Origin: Armatimonadota bacterium
GTDB lineage: Bacteria; Armatimonadota; SYMT01
Length of the DNA stretch: 64,000 nucleotides
Direction: 5' to 3'
NCBI GenBank assembly: GCA_041690135.1
Contig: JAWLHY010000002.1
Span: forward strand, 1-64,000
Both the position numbers and the translations under genes were made by a program. Below the pieces are notes generated by a model that was given only the letters and a program-made list of their open reading frames with translations, made no database searches and had not been told where the DNA came from. Shown here in pieces: positions 46,277-56,625 of the stretch (positions within the stretch are counted from its first letter, which is position 1; the number at the start of each line of letters is the position of its first letter).

Positions 46277-46566
46277 TGGCCCGGTTGGTCTTTTCCGAGC
46301 CGGCACAACTCGACCTGGAAGAGATCCACGCCTACATCGCCCGGGACTCTCCAGCGGCGGCGCGGCGTTGGCTCGAGCGCATCCAGACTCAATGCAAGCG
46401 GCTCGCCGAAATGCCGGGACAGGGCCGATCTCGAGCGGAACTGGCGCCGGAGCTGCGATCCTTCACGGTCGCGCCCTACCTGATCTTCTACGTTGAGATC
46501 GAAGGTGGGGTGCAAATCGCGCGAGTAATCCACGGGGCACGGGATATCGAAGCGCAGTTCCACTGA
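46276..46566 (+). CDS. RelE/ParE family toxin
   Basis: AQLDLEEIHAYIARDSP, PGQGR, YLIFY, RVIHGARD; TAATG coupling with the antitoxin. Confidence 0.92.
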   Translation: MARLVFSEPAQLDLEEIHAYIARDSPAAARRWLERIQTQCKRLAEMPGQGRSRAELAPELRSFTVAPYLIFYVEIEGGVQIARVIHGARDIEAQFH

Positions 46567-46811
46567 TGCGGCGCTTCCTATGCAAGTGCCGTCTGCCGAC
46601 GACTGCTTTGCGCTAGAGATTACGCTGAGATGCAAGCCTGGCATAACGAATAGCAACTGAACACGCACCAATGTAGGGCGGGTTGCTCCGTCACCGCCGG
46701 GTCTTGCGCCAGTACCCGTCGCGCCGTGTGGGACTCCCCTCGCGCTGTCCCAGATGTACCCGTAGGGCCAACGACCTACCAGGCGGCCGTGAACCCCCAT
46801 TGCAACTCTCG

Positions 46812-48428
46812 TTAACGCAGCTTCTGCATCTCGAAGCGACGGCCGGAGAGCGCGTCCTTGACGAACACGCCCCAGTGGGCGGTGGGGGTGTAATCCCAGT
46901 CCGAGATGATCGTGGGAGCGGCCTTGGGGTGGAAGCTGAAGCCGGTCCAGTGGAGCCGGTGCTTCTGCATCATGCCCAGCACGTCCGGCTGCCAGGCGCG
47001 GGCAGCCAGATCTTCAAAACGCCCGCTCGGAGGAATGAACTCGAAGCCCTTCCAGTCCGGCGGGCTGCCGACCTCGCCGACGAAGACCGGGTACTTCTCC
47101 GCCGCCACCAGAACCTTCCCCTGCCAGTCCCGCTTCCAGGGGTAAATGTGCGAGGAGTACATGATCCCCTGGCCGCCCGGCTGCTCTTCCAGGGCGTAGC
47201 CCTGTACCACGCCGGAGAGGTCATAGCTCCAGTCCAACCCGCCGGCGATCACCACGTTCCGGGCGCCCGCGGCACGCACGGCGTTCAACAGCGCCTGCAT
47301 CCCGGTGGTCACTTCGCCGGTCAACTCCTCCGGCTTCTTGGGATCGGTGAGCGGACCGCCGTCCCGCCACAGTTTCCAGGAGAGGTCGTGGGGCTCGTTG
47401 AACAGCTCGAACAGCACGGCCGGATGGTTCTTGTAGCGGACGGCCGCATCCTGCCAGAACTCCAGGTGCTCCCGCTTCGGGGCGCCGAAGCGGTGCAGGT
47501 CCAGGGCCACGTAGGCGCCACGGCTGGAGGCCGCCTCGATCACCCCGTCCACCACCTTCCGATAGCCCAGGCCGCCGTCCTTCTTCTGGTGGGGACCCCG
47601 CCCAAACCAGAAGTCCTCCCGCACGGGCAGGCGGATCACGTTGGCCTTCCACTCCTCGACCGCCACGGGGATCGACTTGTCGATCTTCTCGCCGGCGGCA
47701 GACCACTCCAGGCTGTCCACGCACAGCCCCTGGAGCCACACGGCCTTCCCCTCAATGGTCTGCAACTGGTTGCCTCGCACCCGAAGGGCCGGCGGGAGAC
47801 TGGCGCCCGGTGCCGGGACCAGCGGCTCGGACTTCACGACGGGCGGGCGCGCGGCGGCGAGCTGCGCTTCCGTAGCCGGGAGGACGAGACACTGGGCGAG
47901 ATCCAGGACCCCGGAGGCCGCCTGGAACAGGCACGGCATGACCTCCAGGTACGCAGCCCCGGCCGGTACCGCCGCCGTATAGGTGCGCTCGACCCAGCCC
48001 TCGGACGTGCCCTGGAAAGCCGGCGTGGGCGGCTCCGGCTTCAGGGTCCGTCCTGTCTGGCTCTTGAAGTGGGCGATCACGCGTCCATCGTACCATTTTT
48101 GCTGCCCGTGCTTGATATCGCGGTAGCGCAGGCGCAGGCGGACCTCTATCCCCGCCGGAAGGGGCTTCGGGAGCTCGGCGCGGCGGTAGACCATCACCAT
48201 CTGGCCGGGTTTCGGCGACTGGAGACGCAGGAACCGGGTCTCGCCCTCTCGTTCCACCGTGACACCCTCGGAGCGCGGCCAGTCGAGGGGCCAGCCATCC
48301 GTATCTACCTGCTCGAGGCTGCCATTCCGGAGGAAGGAAGGCCGGTCCGGCGAAGGAGCCGCGGCCCAACTCGCCGTTGCTGCCAGCCCTACCAGCAGCG
48401 CCAGAATCCCTCGAAATCCGTGTTTCAT
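46812..48428 (-). CDS. Secreted GH5-type glycoside hydrolase with N-terminal CBM-like domain
   Basis: FELFNEP acid/base, SHIYPW, VGEVG nucleophile. Confidence 0.9.
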   Translation of the reverse strand: MKHGFRGILALLVGLAATASWAAAPSPDRPSFLRNGSLEQVDTDGWPLDWPRSEGVTVEREGETRFLRLQSPKPGQMVMVYRRAELPKPLPAGIEVRLRLRYRDIKHGQQKWYDGRVIAHFKSQTGRTLKPEPPTPAFQGTSEGWVERTYTAAVPAGAAYLEVMPCLFQAASGVLDLAQCLVLPATEAQLAAARPPVVKSEPLVPAPGASLPPALRVRGNQLQTIEGKAVWLQGLCVDSLEWSAAGEKIDKSIPVAVEEWKANVIRLPVREDFWFGRGPHQKKDGGLGYRKVVDGVIEAASSRGAYVALDLHRFGAPKREHLEFWQDAAVRYKNHPAVLFELFNEPHDLSWKLWRDGGPLTDPKKPEELTGEVTTGMQALLNAVRAAGARNVVIAGGLDWSYDLSGVVQGYALEEQPGGQGIMYSSHIYPWKRDWQGKVLVAAEKYPVFVGEVGSPPDWKGFEFIPPSGRFEDLAARAWQPDVLGMMQKHRLHWTGFSFHPKAAPTIISDWDYTPTAHWGVFVKDALSGRRFEMQKLR

Positions 48429-48565
48429 GACCGCACACTCTCCCCTCACCCGCACCCTCTTTCAATTCTGCTACACAAACGGGGTAAGCGGCCGTTTCAA
48501 GGGAGAAGGGAATCCGACCCTGGGACGGGAAAGGCAGCCTGGAGACTGTACCGTCGGAGACAACC

Positions 48566-51091
48566 ATGCCACGCCCGCGCTTCCTCATCCTCTTCCTGGG
48601 GGTCCTGCTGTCTGGTGTCCTTCTCTGCCAACGAGGCGCCACCGCTGAAAACCCACGCCTGGTAACGCTCGCCTCCAGCGGAAAGGCGCGGCAGCGGATC
48701 GTGGTGGCGGCAGATGCCTCGGAGCGGGTCCGCCAGGCGGCGGCGACTCTGGCCCGGTACCTGGAGCGGATGAGCGGCGCGCCGTTCGCGGTAGCTTCCG
48801 GCGACGGGAAGTCGGGAGTTGCAGTGGGCTTGCCGAAGCATTTCCCCACTCTCACGGCGGACCTCCCGGGCCTGGATGCGAAGGGAACCCCGGACCCGAC
48901 CCGGACCGAAGACTACCGGCTGCGCTCCCACCCCCAGGGGCTCCACCTCCTGGGCGCGAGTGAGCTTGCCGTGGAGCACGCCGTATGGGACCTCCTCCAC
49001 CGCCTGGGGTACCGGCAGTTCTTTCCTGGGGCGGCCTGGGAGGTGGTTCCGAAGACCCCGGACTTGCGAATCGCCGTCGATGCCGTGGAGCATCCGGCGT
49101 TCTACTCTCGCCGCATCTGGTACGGGTTCGGAACCTGGGATTACAACGCCCAGCCCTACGCGGAGTGGTGCGCGCGCAACCGGGTGACGAGCGGCATCCA
49201 CCTGAATACCGGGCACGCTTACGACGGGATCCTCAGCCGCAACCGGGCCATCTTCGACGCCCATCCGGAGTACCTCGGCCTGCTGGGCGGGGTGCGCAAG
49301 TCCACGAAGTTCTGCATCGGCAATCCGTCACTCCGGCAGTTAGTGGTAGAAGATGCGCTCACGCAGCTCCGACAGAAGCCGGAGGCACACTCCGTATCCC
49401 TCGACCCGAGCGACGGAGGCGGCTGGTGTGAGTGCGACCGGTGCGCGGCGCTCGGCAGCGTCACCGACCGCGCGCTGACCCTGGCGAACCAGGTGGCGGA
49501 GGCGGCCAATAAAGAGATCGGGCCGCGCTACGTGGGTATGTACGCCTACAGCCAGCACTCCCCGCCCCCCGGCATCCGTGTCCACCCGCGCGTGGTCATC
49601 AGCGTGGCCACGGCGTTCATCAGCGGCGGGTTCAGCGTGGACCAGCTCCTGGACGGCTGGCGGAAGCAGGGCGCGACCCTCGGCATTCGGGAGTACTACA
49701 GCGTGAACACCTGGGACCGGGATCTCCCCGGCCAGTCTCGCGGGTCGAACCTCACCTATCTCAAGACCAGCCTTCCCCACTTCCACCAACAGGGAGCCCG
49801 CTTCCTCTCCTCGGAGTCGAGCGATAACTGGGGCCCCAACGGCCTGGGTTATTACCTGGCGGCACGGATGCTGTGGGATGTGAATGAAGCCGACCGACTG
49901 GACGCATTGAAGGAAGACTTCCTGAAGAAGGCGTTCGGCCCCGCCCGGGAGCCGATGGCCCGGTTCTACACGCTGATCGACGGCGCCAGCCAGCCGCTCC
50001 TGAGCGATGACCTGATCGGCCGGATGTACCGCGCGCTGAGCGAGGCCCGGCAGCGAACCGACGATGCCGCCATCCGCGCCCGGATCGCCGATCTGGTGCA
50101 GTACACGCGGTACGTGGATCTCTACCAGGCGTACACGACGGCGACGGGCGCCGCGCGGCAGTCCGCCTTTGAAGCGTTGATCCGCCACGCTTACCGCATG
50201 CGCAAGACCATGCTGGTCCACACGCTGGCGCTTTACCGCGATCTGCATCGCCGGGACAAGAGCGTCACCATCCCCGCCGATTGCGCCTACAACGTACCGG
50301 AAGGGAAGAACCCCTGGAAGAGCAGCGAGCCGTTCACCGAGGCGGAGCTTCGGACGCTCCTGGCGCAGGGGATCGAACGCCATCCGCTGCTGGACTTCAC
50401 GCCCGTTGCCTTTGGCCGCGATCTGCAACCCGCGGACAGACTCGGACTGCCGGAGAAGCCGGTAGGTAGCACTGGCCTCTATAGCCGTGGGAAGCGCAGT
50501 TACTATACCTGGGTCACTGATCCCACCCAACCGCTGAAGCTGACGGTCCGGGCCGGCCTGGTCTATGGGAGTCGGGGGCCGGCCAAACTCGCCCTGTACC
50601 CGGCCGCGGAAACCCTCGGCCAGGCGGTGGCCGATGCCGAAGTGCCCCCCGACAAAGCGGAGCACTCGATCACCCTCAAGACTACCTTCACCGGTCTCCA
50701 CCGGATCGAAGTGACGGATGCCGCCGCGGGCACCGCGGTCACCTGGCCGGAAGGAATGCCCGTGACGCTGCAGTCCAGCCCCGACGCCCGCGAAGATTTC
50801 CACGGCCGCTTCACCCTCTACTTTTACGTCCCCAGGGGAACAAAGACGGTCGGTGGGTACTCCTCCGGGCTGGGGACGCTGGTGAACGGCAGCGGGAAGG
50901 AAGTCCATACCTTCACGCGGGAAGCGGGTTACTTCAGCGTGCCGGTGGGACCGGGCGAGGACGGCAAGCTCTGGCAATTCCGGCACGGGACCGGTCAACG
51001 GTTGTTAATGACCGTGCCGCCCTACCTGGCCCGCAGTCCCCGGGAACTGCTCCTCCCCGCCGAGGTCATCGAGCGGGACTCTCGGCCCTAA
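48566..51091 (+). CDS. DUF4838-type secreted protein (GH20/GH67 N-domain-like)
   Basis: LGYRQFFPG, HPEY, SLDPSDGGGWCECDRC, MYAYSQH. Confidence 0.8.
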   Translation: MPRPRFLILFLGVLLSGVLLCQRGATAENPRLVTLASSGKARQRIVVAADASERVRQAAATLARYLERMSGAPFAVASGDGKSGVAVGLPKHFPTLTADLPGLDAKGTPDPTRTEDYRLRSHPQGLHLLGASELAVEHAVWDLLHRLGYRQFFPGAAWEVVPKTPDLRIAVDAVEHPAFYSRRIWYGFGTWDYNAQPYAEWCARNRVTSGIHLNTGHAYDGILSRNRAIFDAHPEYLGLLGGVRKSTKFCIGNPSLRQLVVEDALTQLRQKPEAHSVSLDPSDGGGWCECDRCAALGSVTDRALTLANQVAEAANKEIGPRYVGMYAYSQHSPPPGIRVHPRVVISVATAFISGGFSVDQLLDGWRKQGATLGIREYYSVNTWDRDLPGQSRGSNLTYLKTSLPHFHQQGARFLSSESSDNWGPNGLGYYLAARMLWDVNEADRLDALKEDFLKKAFGPAREPMARFYTLIDGASQPLLSDDLIGRMYRALSEARQRTDDAAIRARIADLVQYTRYVDLYQAYTTATGAARQSAFEALIRHAYRMRKTMLVHTLALYRDLHRRDKSVTIPADCAYNVPEGKNPWKSSEPFTEAELRTLLAQGIERHPLLDFTPVAFGRDLQPADRLGLPEKPVGSTGLYSRGKRSYYTWVTDPTQPLKLTVRAGLVYGSRGPAKLALYPAAETLGQAVADAEVPPDKAEHSITLKTTFTGLHRIEVTDAAAGTAVTWPEGMPVTLQSSPDAREDFHGRFTLYFYVPRGTKTVGGYSSGLGTLVNGSGKEVHTFTREAGYFSVPVGPGEDGKLWQFRHGTGQRLLMTVPPYLARSPRELLLPAEVIERDSRP

Positions 51092-51236
51092 AGCACTACG
51101 GCTCTCCCATGCCGGACCTTCACGCTGCCCCGGCGAGATAACGGGCCTCCAAGATGGTACAAAGGAGACAAACTGGGGGTGCTCCGCGGCAGTTGGCCGT
51201 ACCGGATCTACGCCCCGAGTTTCTCAGGGGGATCCC

Positions 51237-51829
51237 ATGGACCCCAGACTGCTCGACGACGCGTTTGTCTATCCGGGAGAGGGTCTCTTCGGCCAGGCCG
51301 TGACAGGCATGGTCGGCTGCGAGTCCTTCGCCAGCGCACGGCGCAGGCTGTTCGGGCGCCTTCCGTTCGTCAGGCTCGAGAGTGATGTGAAGAACGTCGT
51401 CTACTTGAATTGGGTCGTAGAGGTCTCCGCCGTCCGCGATCTGGTGCCGACCGGAGTTGAACTCTGTGAGACCGGTGGAAGAACCGTGTTCACGATCCTC
51501 ACTTACCAGCACGGCCACCTCGGACCGGCATGCGCCGGACCGCTCCGCCAGTATTTGCCGTCCCCGTTTCAGAGCAATGGGAGTCCGCGATCCGCATTCT
51601 GTGCTCACAGGACTTCTCCATCGTAAAGCCACCCGGAGACGCCGCACTCGTTGAATCGCACATCGAACTGCCGATTGACTTCGACACCGTCATGCCGCTC
51701 GAACTGGCGCCTTCCAGCTTCCAGTGTCCCTGCCTGGAACAACTCGTCGGAGACCAGGCGCCCCTGAGTTTCCTGATCCCCTGCCTGCAACTCAAGGTGC
51801 TATCCGAAAGACGCTTGAACACGGTTTGA
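51237..51829 (+). pseudogene. Frameshifted, probably internally deleted DUF2071-like gene
   Basis: Frame 1 runs ...VVYLNW...ILTYQHGHLGP...PSPFQSN; protein-like sequence resumes in another frame ESAIRILCSQD...IELPID...KVLSERRL. Confidence 0.55.
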
Positions 51830-51990
51830 CTACAGCAACGAGTGAGACGGGTATACTAGGGGTGAAGACCCCAGTGGTTCAGCATTAACGACTCGGAAGC
51901 CGGGCTCGCCTCGCTAGTGCCTTACCAGCCTGCAGGCGGGCCTTCGTGTTTTTCTGGCGCCCGTCCTCACGGGCGAGAACCGAGGCATTA

Positions 51991-52188
51991 ATGGAACCCC
52001 AATTCAAGGTGGGACAGCGCGTGGCGGTCAACATCGGCGGCTGTCCGGGAAACCGCGCCGAAGGTGTCGTGGCCTCCATCCGGCAGCTTCCCGAACTAAT
52101 CACCTACGAGATCAACTTCCCCGAGCACCAGCACGACTCCCGCATTGATACCTTCTACATGGCGGAGTACCTCACCCCGCTCGGCTGA
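51991..52188 (+). CDS. Small SH3/KOW-like protein
   Basis: PQFKVGQRV...GVV...YEINF pattern; SD GAGG. Confidence 0.55.
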   Translation: MEPQFKVGQRVAVNIGGCPGNRAEGVVASIRQLPELITYEINFPEHQHDSRIDTFYMAEYLTPLG

Positions 52189-52201
52189 AAGGCGCCCGCT
52201 G

Positions 52202-52342
52202 ATGCTCGACCAATTCCTATCCAATACACCGGCCGTTCTCCTGACCGCAGTGGTCGCTACCGTCGCCGTGGCGGTGTCGATTGTCCGCGAGTGGCGCCTG
52301 AACCACCGCGACGACCGCCAGGATCACTGGCCGCCGCCGTAG
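52202..52342 (+). CDS. Small single-TM peptide (46 aa)
   Basis: AVLLTAVVATVAVAVSIV hydrophobic run with a charged tail; SD AAAGG. Confidence 0.45.
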   Translation: MLDQFLSNTPAVLLTAVVATVAVAVSIVREWRLNHRDDRQDHWPPP

Positions 52343-52441
52343 GACCTGCCTATTAAATTCCGGGATATGCGGCCGCGCCATGACGGCGACCCGAAATGGA
52401 TTCGCACTTCACCGGGGGCTGAACGTCCGAGTCCCGGTGCG

Positions 52442-53023
52442 TCACCCTTCAAGCTCATGGAGGGATTCGGCGCCACGGCTTCGTAGGTAGGCGGCGATCT
52501 CGGGGTATTGATCACAGGAATCCAGCGCCGTGCGCCGACTGCCCGTCTCGGGATGCACTTCCACAGCATTGATCTCTGCGCCCGCATCCACGAGTACCTT
52601 CACCGCCTCGAGTTGTCCCCAGGAGCACGCGTATCCGAGGGCCATTTCGCCCCAGTCGTTACGTTTTCCCGGGTCCGCACCGTGGCGTAAGAGGAGCCGC
52701 AGCTTCTCCACGTTCCCCGTGCAGGCCGCCTTCTGCAGTACCGTCTGCGGAGTGTTCGCCTGGCCGGCATCCGGGTGCAGGCCGGCTGTGAAGGCGGTCT
52801 CCAGCAGGCCCGGCGCCTCCTCATCCAGGACTTGCATGAGCCCTCCCGCGTCCCCTTCGTAGTGGTGAAGTTCCGGAAAGTCGCGGACCAGGGCTTCCAC
52901 TGCCGCTGCATCGTGCCTGCGAACAGCGGCACAGAACCTGCGGTACAGTCGCTTCACTCCTGCTTCTGCCTCCTCTAGGTCGATGCCCGTCCCCACCGCC
53001 AGCGTGAAACCGGTTCGCCTCAT
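52442..53023 (-). CDS. Ankyrin repeat protein
   Basis: LLLRHGADP, GQLEAVKVLVDAGAEIN; start uncertain. Confidence 0.85.
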   Translation of the reverse strand: MRRTGFTLAVGTGIDLEEAEAGVKRLYRRFCAAVRRHDAAAVEALVRDFPELHHYEGDAGGLMQVLDEEAPGLLETAFTAGLHPDAGQANTPQTVLQKAACTGNVEKLRLLLRHGADPGKRNDWGEMALGYACSWGQLEAVKVLVDAGAEINAVEVHPETGSRRTALDSCDQYPEIAAYLRSRGAESLHELEG

Positions 53024-53197
53024 CCGGAATCTGCCGCAGGTCGAGAACGACCTGTCTTCGAATCAACTTTCGGAAGGATGTTCCGGCGCTGACACCTCTT
53101 CCCTGCGCCCGTAGCTACATCGAGTTCGGAGACATCAGCGGTGCGCATACGCAACTCGTCTCCTCTACCGTGCAGGTCAACTGCACAGCTAAATCGA

Positions 53198-54373
53198 ATG
53201 GCGGCTCCGACCCTTTTCTTACCCACTGACCGACAGCTTCCCGCTCGGGATCTCCTCCTCTGGCGCACGCGGCTCAAGGAGGTGGAGAACGCCGTGCTGC
53301 CGCCCAATACTAGGCGGCCCAATCCCCTGGTTACGGAAGACCTGGTCGTGGCCTGTGTCTTCTCTCCCGGCCAGATCGTGGCCCTCGAGCGGAACACCGG
53401 GAAGTTGCGCTGGCGGGTTCCACTCCCGTATTACGGCAACAGTTCCGCATTGGAAGTCGACGGCGTGATCTACGGGGGGGCCGCAAAGGTCCTCCTGGCC
53501 ATCGATGCTGCAACCGGAAGTGTGCTCTGGGAATTCGAACCGTACAGTTCCGAGAATGAGCGGATGTACGCTCTTCCCACCGTTGCGGGCGGACGCCTGT
53601 TCGTGGGCGATCGTCGCGGTCGCCTGCATGCTATCGCGGTGGACACCGGCAAACGCCTCTGGTCACTGTTGACTTCGCGAGCCGAGAACCGACAGGTCAA
53701 TGCGACACCAACTGTTTGGCACGATCGGGTAGTTGGCGCCAGCAATGCGAGAATGGCGTTTGCCGTGGAGTGCGCCACTGGCCGCAAGATCTGGAAGACC
53801 CCGTTGGACGCCGGCTCGATCTACGAAGTGGTGCCCTTCGGCGAGGTCATGCTGGTTCGGACTCTGGAAAGTATCTACGGGATCGCGCCGGAGAGTGGTG
53901 AGATCGTCCACCGCTGGCATTGGCCGGACGAAGAGATACGCGCCATGGAAGTAGCGGGAGGAGTGCTGTTTACCGTCCGGACCAGAGACTACCGCGTCCG
54001 GGACCGCCCGCCGGGCGAGCCTCACCGGAGAAGCGGAGACTTTCTCGCGGCCGAACGGGACGGAAAGGAGCTCTGGCGGATACCCTATCCACTCTACCTT
54101 TCGGGCAACCCGCGTTGGGACGAGAGCACGGGATACTTGTTGGAAGGAACAGAGGTGGGGTTAGGAATCGTTGATCCAACTTCCGGCACGCGAACGCTCC
54201 AGGTTTTTGGGTTCGCGAGAAGGCGAGCCGGAGGAAACGACGACGGGATCGGCATTCCCGGCTCTTGGAATGACAAGATCTACGTTATGACGCGCAACGG
54301 CACGGTCTGCGCCCTCCGTGGGGAGCCGTTTCAGCAGGAAGACGTCCGGGGATTCCAATCGGGGGCTGGCTGA
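53198..54373 (+). CDS. PQQ-like (BamB-type) beta-propeller protein
   Basis: Repeated A(I/L)D..TG...W motifs; the 3' end runs into a REP-like copy. Confidence 0.8.
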   Translation: MAAPTLFLPTDRQLPARDLLLWRTRLKEVENAVLPPNTRRPNPLVTEDLVVACVFSPGQIVALERNTGKLRWRVPLPYYGNSSALEVDGVIYGGAAKVLLAIDAATGSVLWEFEPYSSENERMYALPTVAGGRLFVGDRRGRLHAIAVDTGKRLWSLLTSRAENRQVNATPTVWHDRVVGASNARMAFAVECATGRKIWKTPLDAGSIYEVVPFGEVMLVRTLESIYGIAPESGEIVHRWHWPDEEIRAMEVAGGVLFTVRTRDYRVRDRPPGEPHRRSGDFLAAERDGKELWRIPYPLYLSGNPRWDESTGYLLEGTEVGLGIVDPTSGTRTLQVFGFARRRAGGNDDGIGIPGSWNDKIYVMTRNGTVCALRGEPFQQEDVRGFQSGAG

Positions 54374-54448
54374 CCGAAGACCGCACTGGCGGCCGTCTCC
54401 CCGGATTCAAATCCGGGGCTGGCTGACCAAAGACCGCCTGCGCGGTCT
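54346..54448 (-). repeat. REP-like repeat doublet left of the transposase (full copy 54399-54448, degenerate partial copy 54346-54385)
   Basis: Reverse complement AGACCGC-GCAG-GCGGTCT-ttggtcagccag-CCCCGGATT-TG-AATCCGGGG. Confidence 0.88.
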
Positions 54449-54538
54449 GCGAAAGCGGTCTTGCAAGACTTGCTGCCTCACTTTTCGAAATGAACCCTGT
54501 CTGGAGAAGGAACTCACAGGGATTGTGGAGGGAGGCCC

Positions 54539-54973
54539 ATGCCACGGTCGTGCATCTCGGTGTATTTGCATCTCGTGTGGGCGACGTGGGATCGACTGCC
54601 GTTGATCTCTCCGGAAATGGAGGAGCCGCTCCATGCCTGCATCCTCCGGGAATGCCGGGAGCTTCGGTGCCAGCCCTTCGCCGTGGGTGGGATCGAAGAC
54701 CACGTCCACACGCTGGTGCAGATCCCTTCGACGATCACCATCGCCGAACTGGTCAAGCAACTGAAGGGTTCGTCGTCCCATTTCGCCAACCACTGCTTGA
54801 GCCCCGATAGGCAATTCAAGTGGCAGGGCACGTATGGGTCCTTCAGCGTAAACCCGCACGAGGTGGACCGCGTCCGCCATTACATCCAGCGTCAACGCGA
54901 ACACCACCATTCCGGTGACCTCTGGCCCGACTGGGAGAAATCGGCCGAGTACGACGACCGAGGCGGGTTGTGA
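54539..54973 (+). mobile_element. tnpA: IS200/IS605-family Y1 HUH transposase (RAYT-like context, no tnpB)
   Basis: YLHLVWAT, DHVH (HUH), LKGSSS, WQGTYGSFSV, YIQRQREHH. Confidence 0.92.
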
Positions 54974-55061
54974 GGAACGCTTTCATCAGAGTGTCTGGCT
55001 TTCCGGCGGCAGGATTGGGACACAGAGGCTCCACGCATTCCTTGTGTGCGCACGAAATCGG

Positions 55062-55111
55062 AGTCCGCGTAGGCGGACTTTGGTCAGTCAGCCCCGGATT
55101 TGAATCCGGGG
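55062..55111 (+). repeat. REP-like repeat right of the transposase
   Basis: AGTCCGC-GTAG-GCGGACT-ttggtcagtcag-CCCCGGATT-TG-AATCCGGGG. Confidence 0.9.
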
Positions 55112-55163
55112 AGGAGAACTCCGGGGAGCAAGCGCAGGTCCTAACTGCGAGAGGCGAGTAGCC

Positions 55164-56369
55164 ATGTCGAATTCGGTGAGTGGAATAGTGGTCGGCCTAT
55201 GCCTGTGGGCGACGGGGCTGGTGTGCCTGGGCGTGCCCGGAACTGCAGCATCCGGGGAGAAAGCGGCAGATGACCCGCTGGCGCCATGGCGCTCCGGGGT
55301 GCGAGTGTACCCGGCGGCGGGCGACGAGGACCGGCACACCATCCATTCCTATTTCAACACCTCCCCCGAGAGCCCGGACGGTAAGTGGGTCCTGTTCTTC
55401 GCCTCCACCACGGTCGACGGTCACTCCGGGGAAATCCGCATCCGGGAGCGCGCCACCGGTAAGGAACGGGTACTGGCACGAAACGTCTCGACCGAAGACG
55501 CGCACCGGGCCGCGTGCCAGCAGTGGGTCTCCGGCGGCAAGCGGGTGGTCTACCACGATGTGCGGGAGGGTCGCTGGCTGGTGGCGGTCGTGGACCTGGA
55601 TACCGGCAAAGAGCGCATCCTGGCGCGAGACCGGCAGCTTTGCTGGGGCCAGCCGCACAGCGATTGGGTGCCGCTGTACGGATGCCACTGGAACCCGGGC
55701 GAGCACCGCGACCTGGAGTTGTTGAACGTCGCGACGGGTGAGATTCGCCGCGCCGCCACGGCGGAGGGGGTCCGGAAAGCCTATCCGGAGTGGGTCGCGC
55801 GGGAGTTCGGCGAGCGCCCGATCTCGATCTTCTTTCCGGAGCTGAGCCCCGATCTCAAGCGCGTCTTCTTCAAGATCGCTACCCCCGGCGGCGGGGACTT
55901 CCGCAGCAAGAACGCGAGTCATCGCCAGGGATTGGTGGTATACGACCTGGAACAGAGCCGCTTCGTGATGCTCCGCGAGAAATGGGGCCATCCCGCGTGG
56001 CTGCCGAACTCCCGGGAAATCCTGGAGATGGGACCGATCCGCATCGACAGCGAGAGCGGCGCTGTCGCCCCCGTACCGGGACTCCCGCGCTTTTCCGGCT
56101 CCCACCCCTCCGCCAGCCCGGACGGAAAACTCTTCGTGACGGACCTGGAGTTCAGAGAAGATAATGGGCACCGGGGAGAGTGGGGTGTGGCGGTCGGCGA
56201 CTTGCGCGGGGAACGCCACCAACTGCTCTACCGGTTCGACAACACGCGCGGCGCGCGTTCCTGGCGGGTTTCGCACCCCCACCCGGTCTTCAGCGCCGAC
56301 GGCAAGCGGATCTACTTCAACGTCAGCCAAGACGAACGGACGCGACTGTACGTCGCGGAAGCGAAATGA
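55164..56369 (+). CDS. Secreted TolB-like beta-propeller protein
   Basis: SPESPDG, GHPAW, SHPHPVFSADG; signal peptide. Confidence 0.8.
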   Translation: MSNSVSGIVVGLCLWATGLVCLGVPGTAASGEKAADDPLAPWRSGVRVYPAAGDEDRHTIHSYFNTSPESPDGKWVLFFASTTVDGHSGEIRIRERATGKERVLARNVSTEDAHRAACQQWVSGGKRVVYHDVREGRWLVAVVDLDTGKERILARDRQLCWGQPHSDWVPLYGCHWNPGEHRDLELLNVATGEIRRAATAEGVRKAYPEWVAREFGERPISIFFPELSPDLKRVFFKIATPGGGDFRSKNASHRQGLVVYDLEQSRFVMLREKWGHPAWLPNSREILEMGPIRIDSESGAVAPVPGLPRFSGSHPSASPDGKLFVTDLEFREDNGHRGEWGVAVGDLRGERHQLLYRFDNTRGARSWRVSHPHPVFSADGKRIYFNVSQDERTRLYVAEAK

Positions 56370-56493
56370 CAGGATGTTCCCACCGTGAACCACAGTCGCA
56401 AGTGGCGCCGCCGCAAGCGTGAGCTACCAGGTTCCGTCGAACCAGCAGCCTGGGGGGCCAGGCCACGGGACAAACCGGCATCATCTGCCGCGG

Positions 56494-56606
56494 AGTCCGC
56501 GCAGGCGGACTTCGGTCAGTCAGCCCCGGATTTCAATCCGGGGAGGCGGTCCGCGAGCTGGTGTGGGTGCGGACTTCGGTCAGTTAGCCCCGGATTTGAG
56601 TCCGGG
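56494..56606 (+). repeat. REP-like repeat doublet (full copy 56494-56543, partial copy 56568-56606)
   Basis: Same two-hairpin unit, located between convergent genes. Confidence 0.88.
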
Positions 56607-56625
56607 ACCGTTCCGGGATGTGAGC

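Noticed and set aside
46670-46790. GTAGGG-initiated REP-like remnants after parE
   Set aside because: The palindromes are too degenerate to define a repeat unit.
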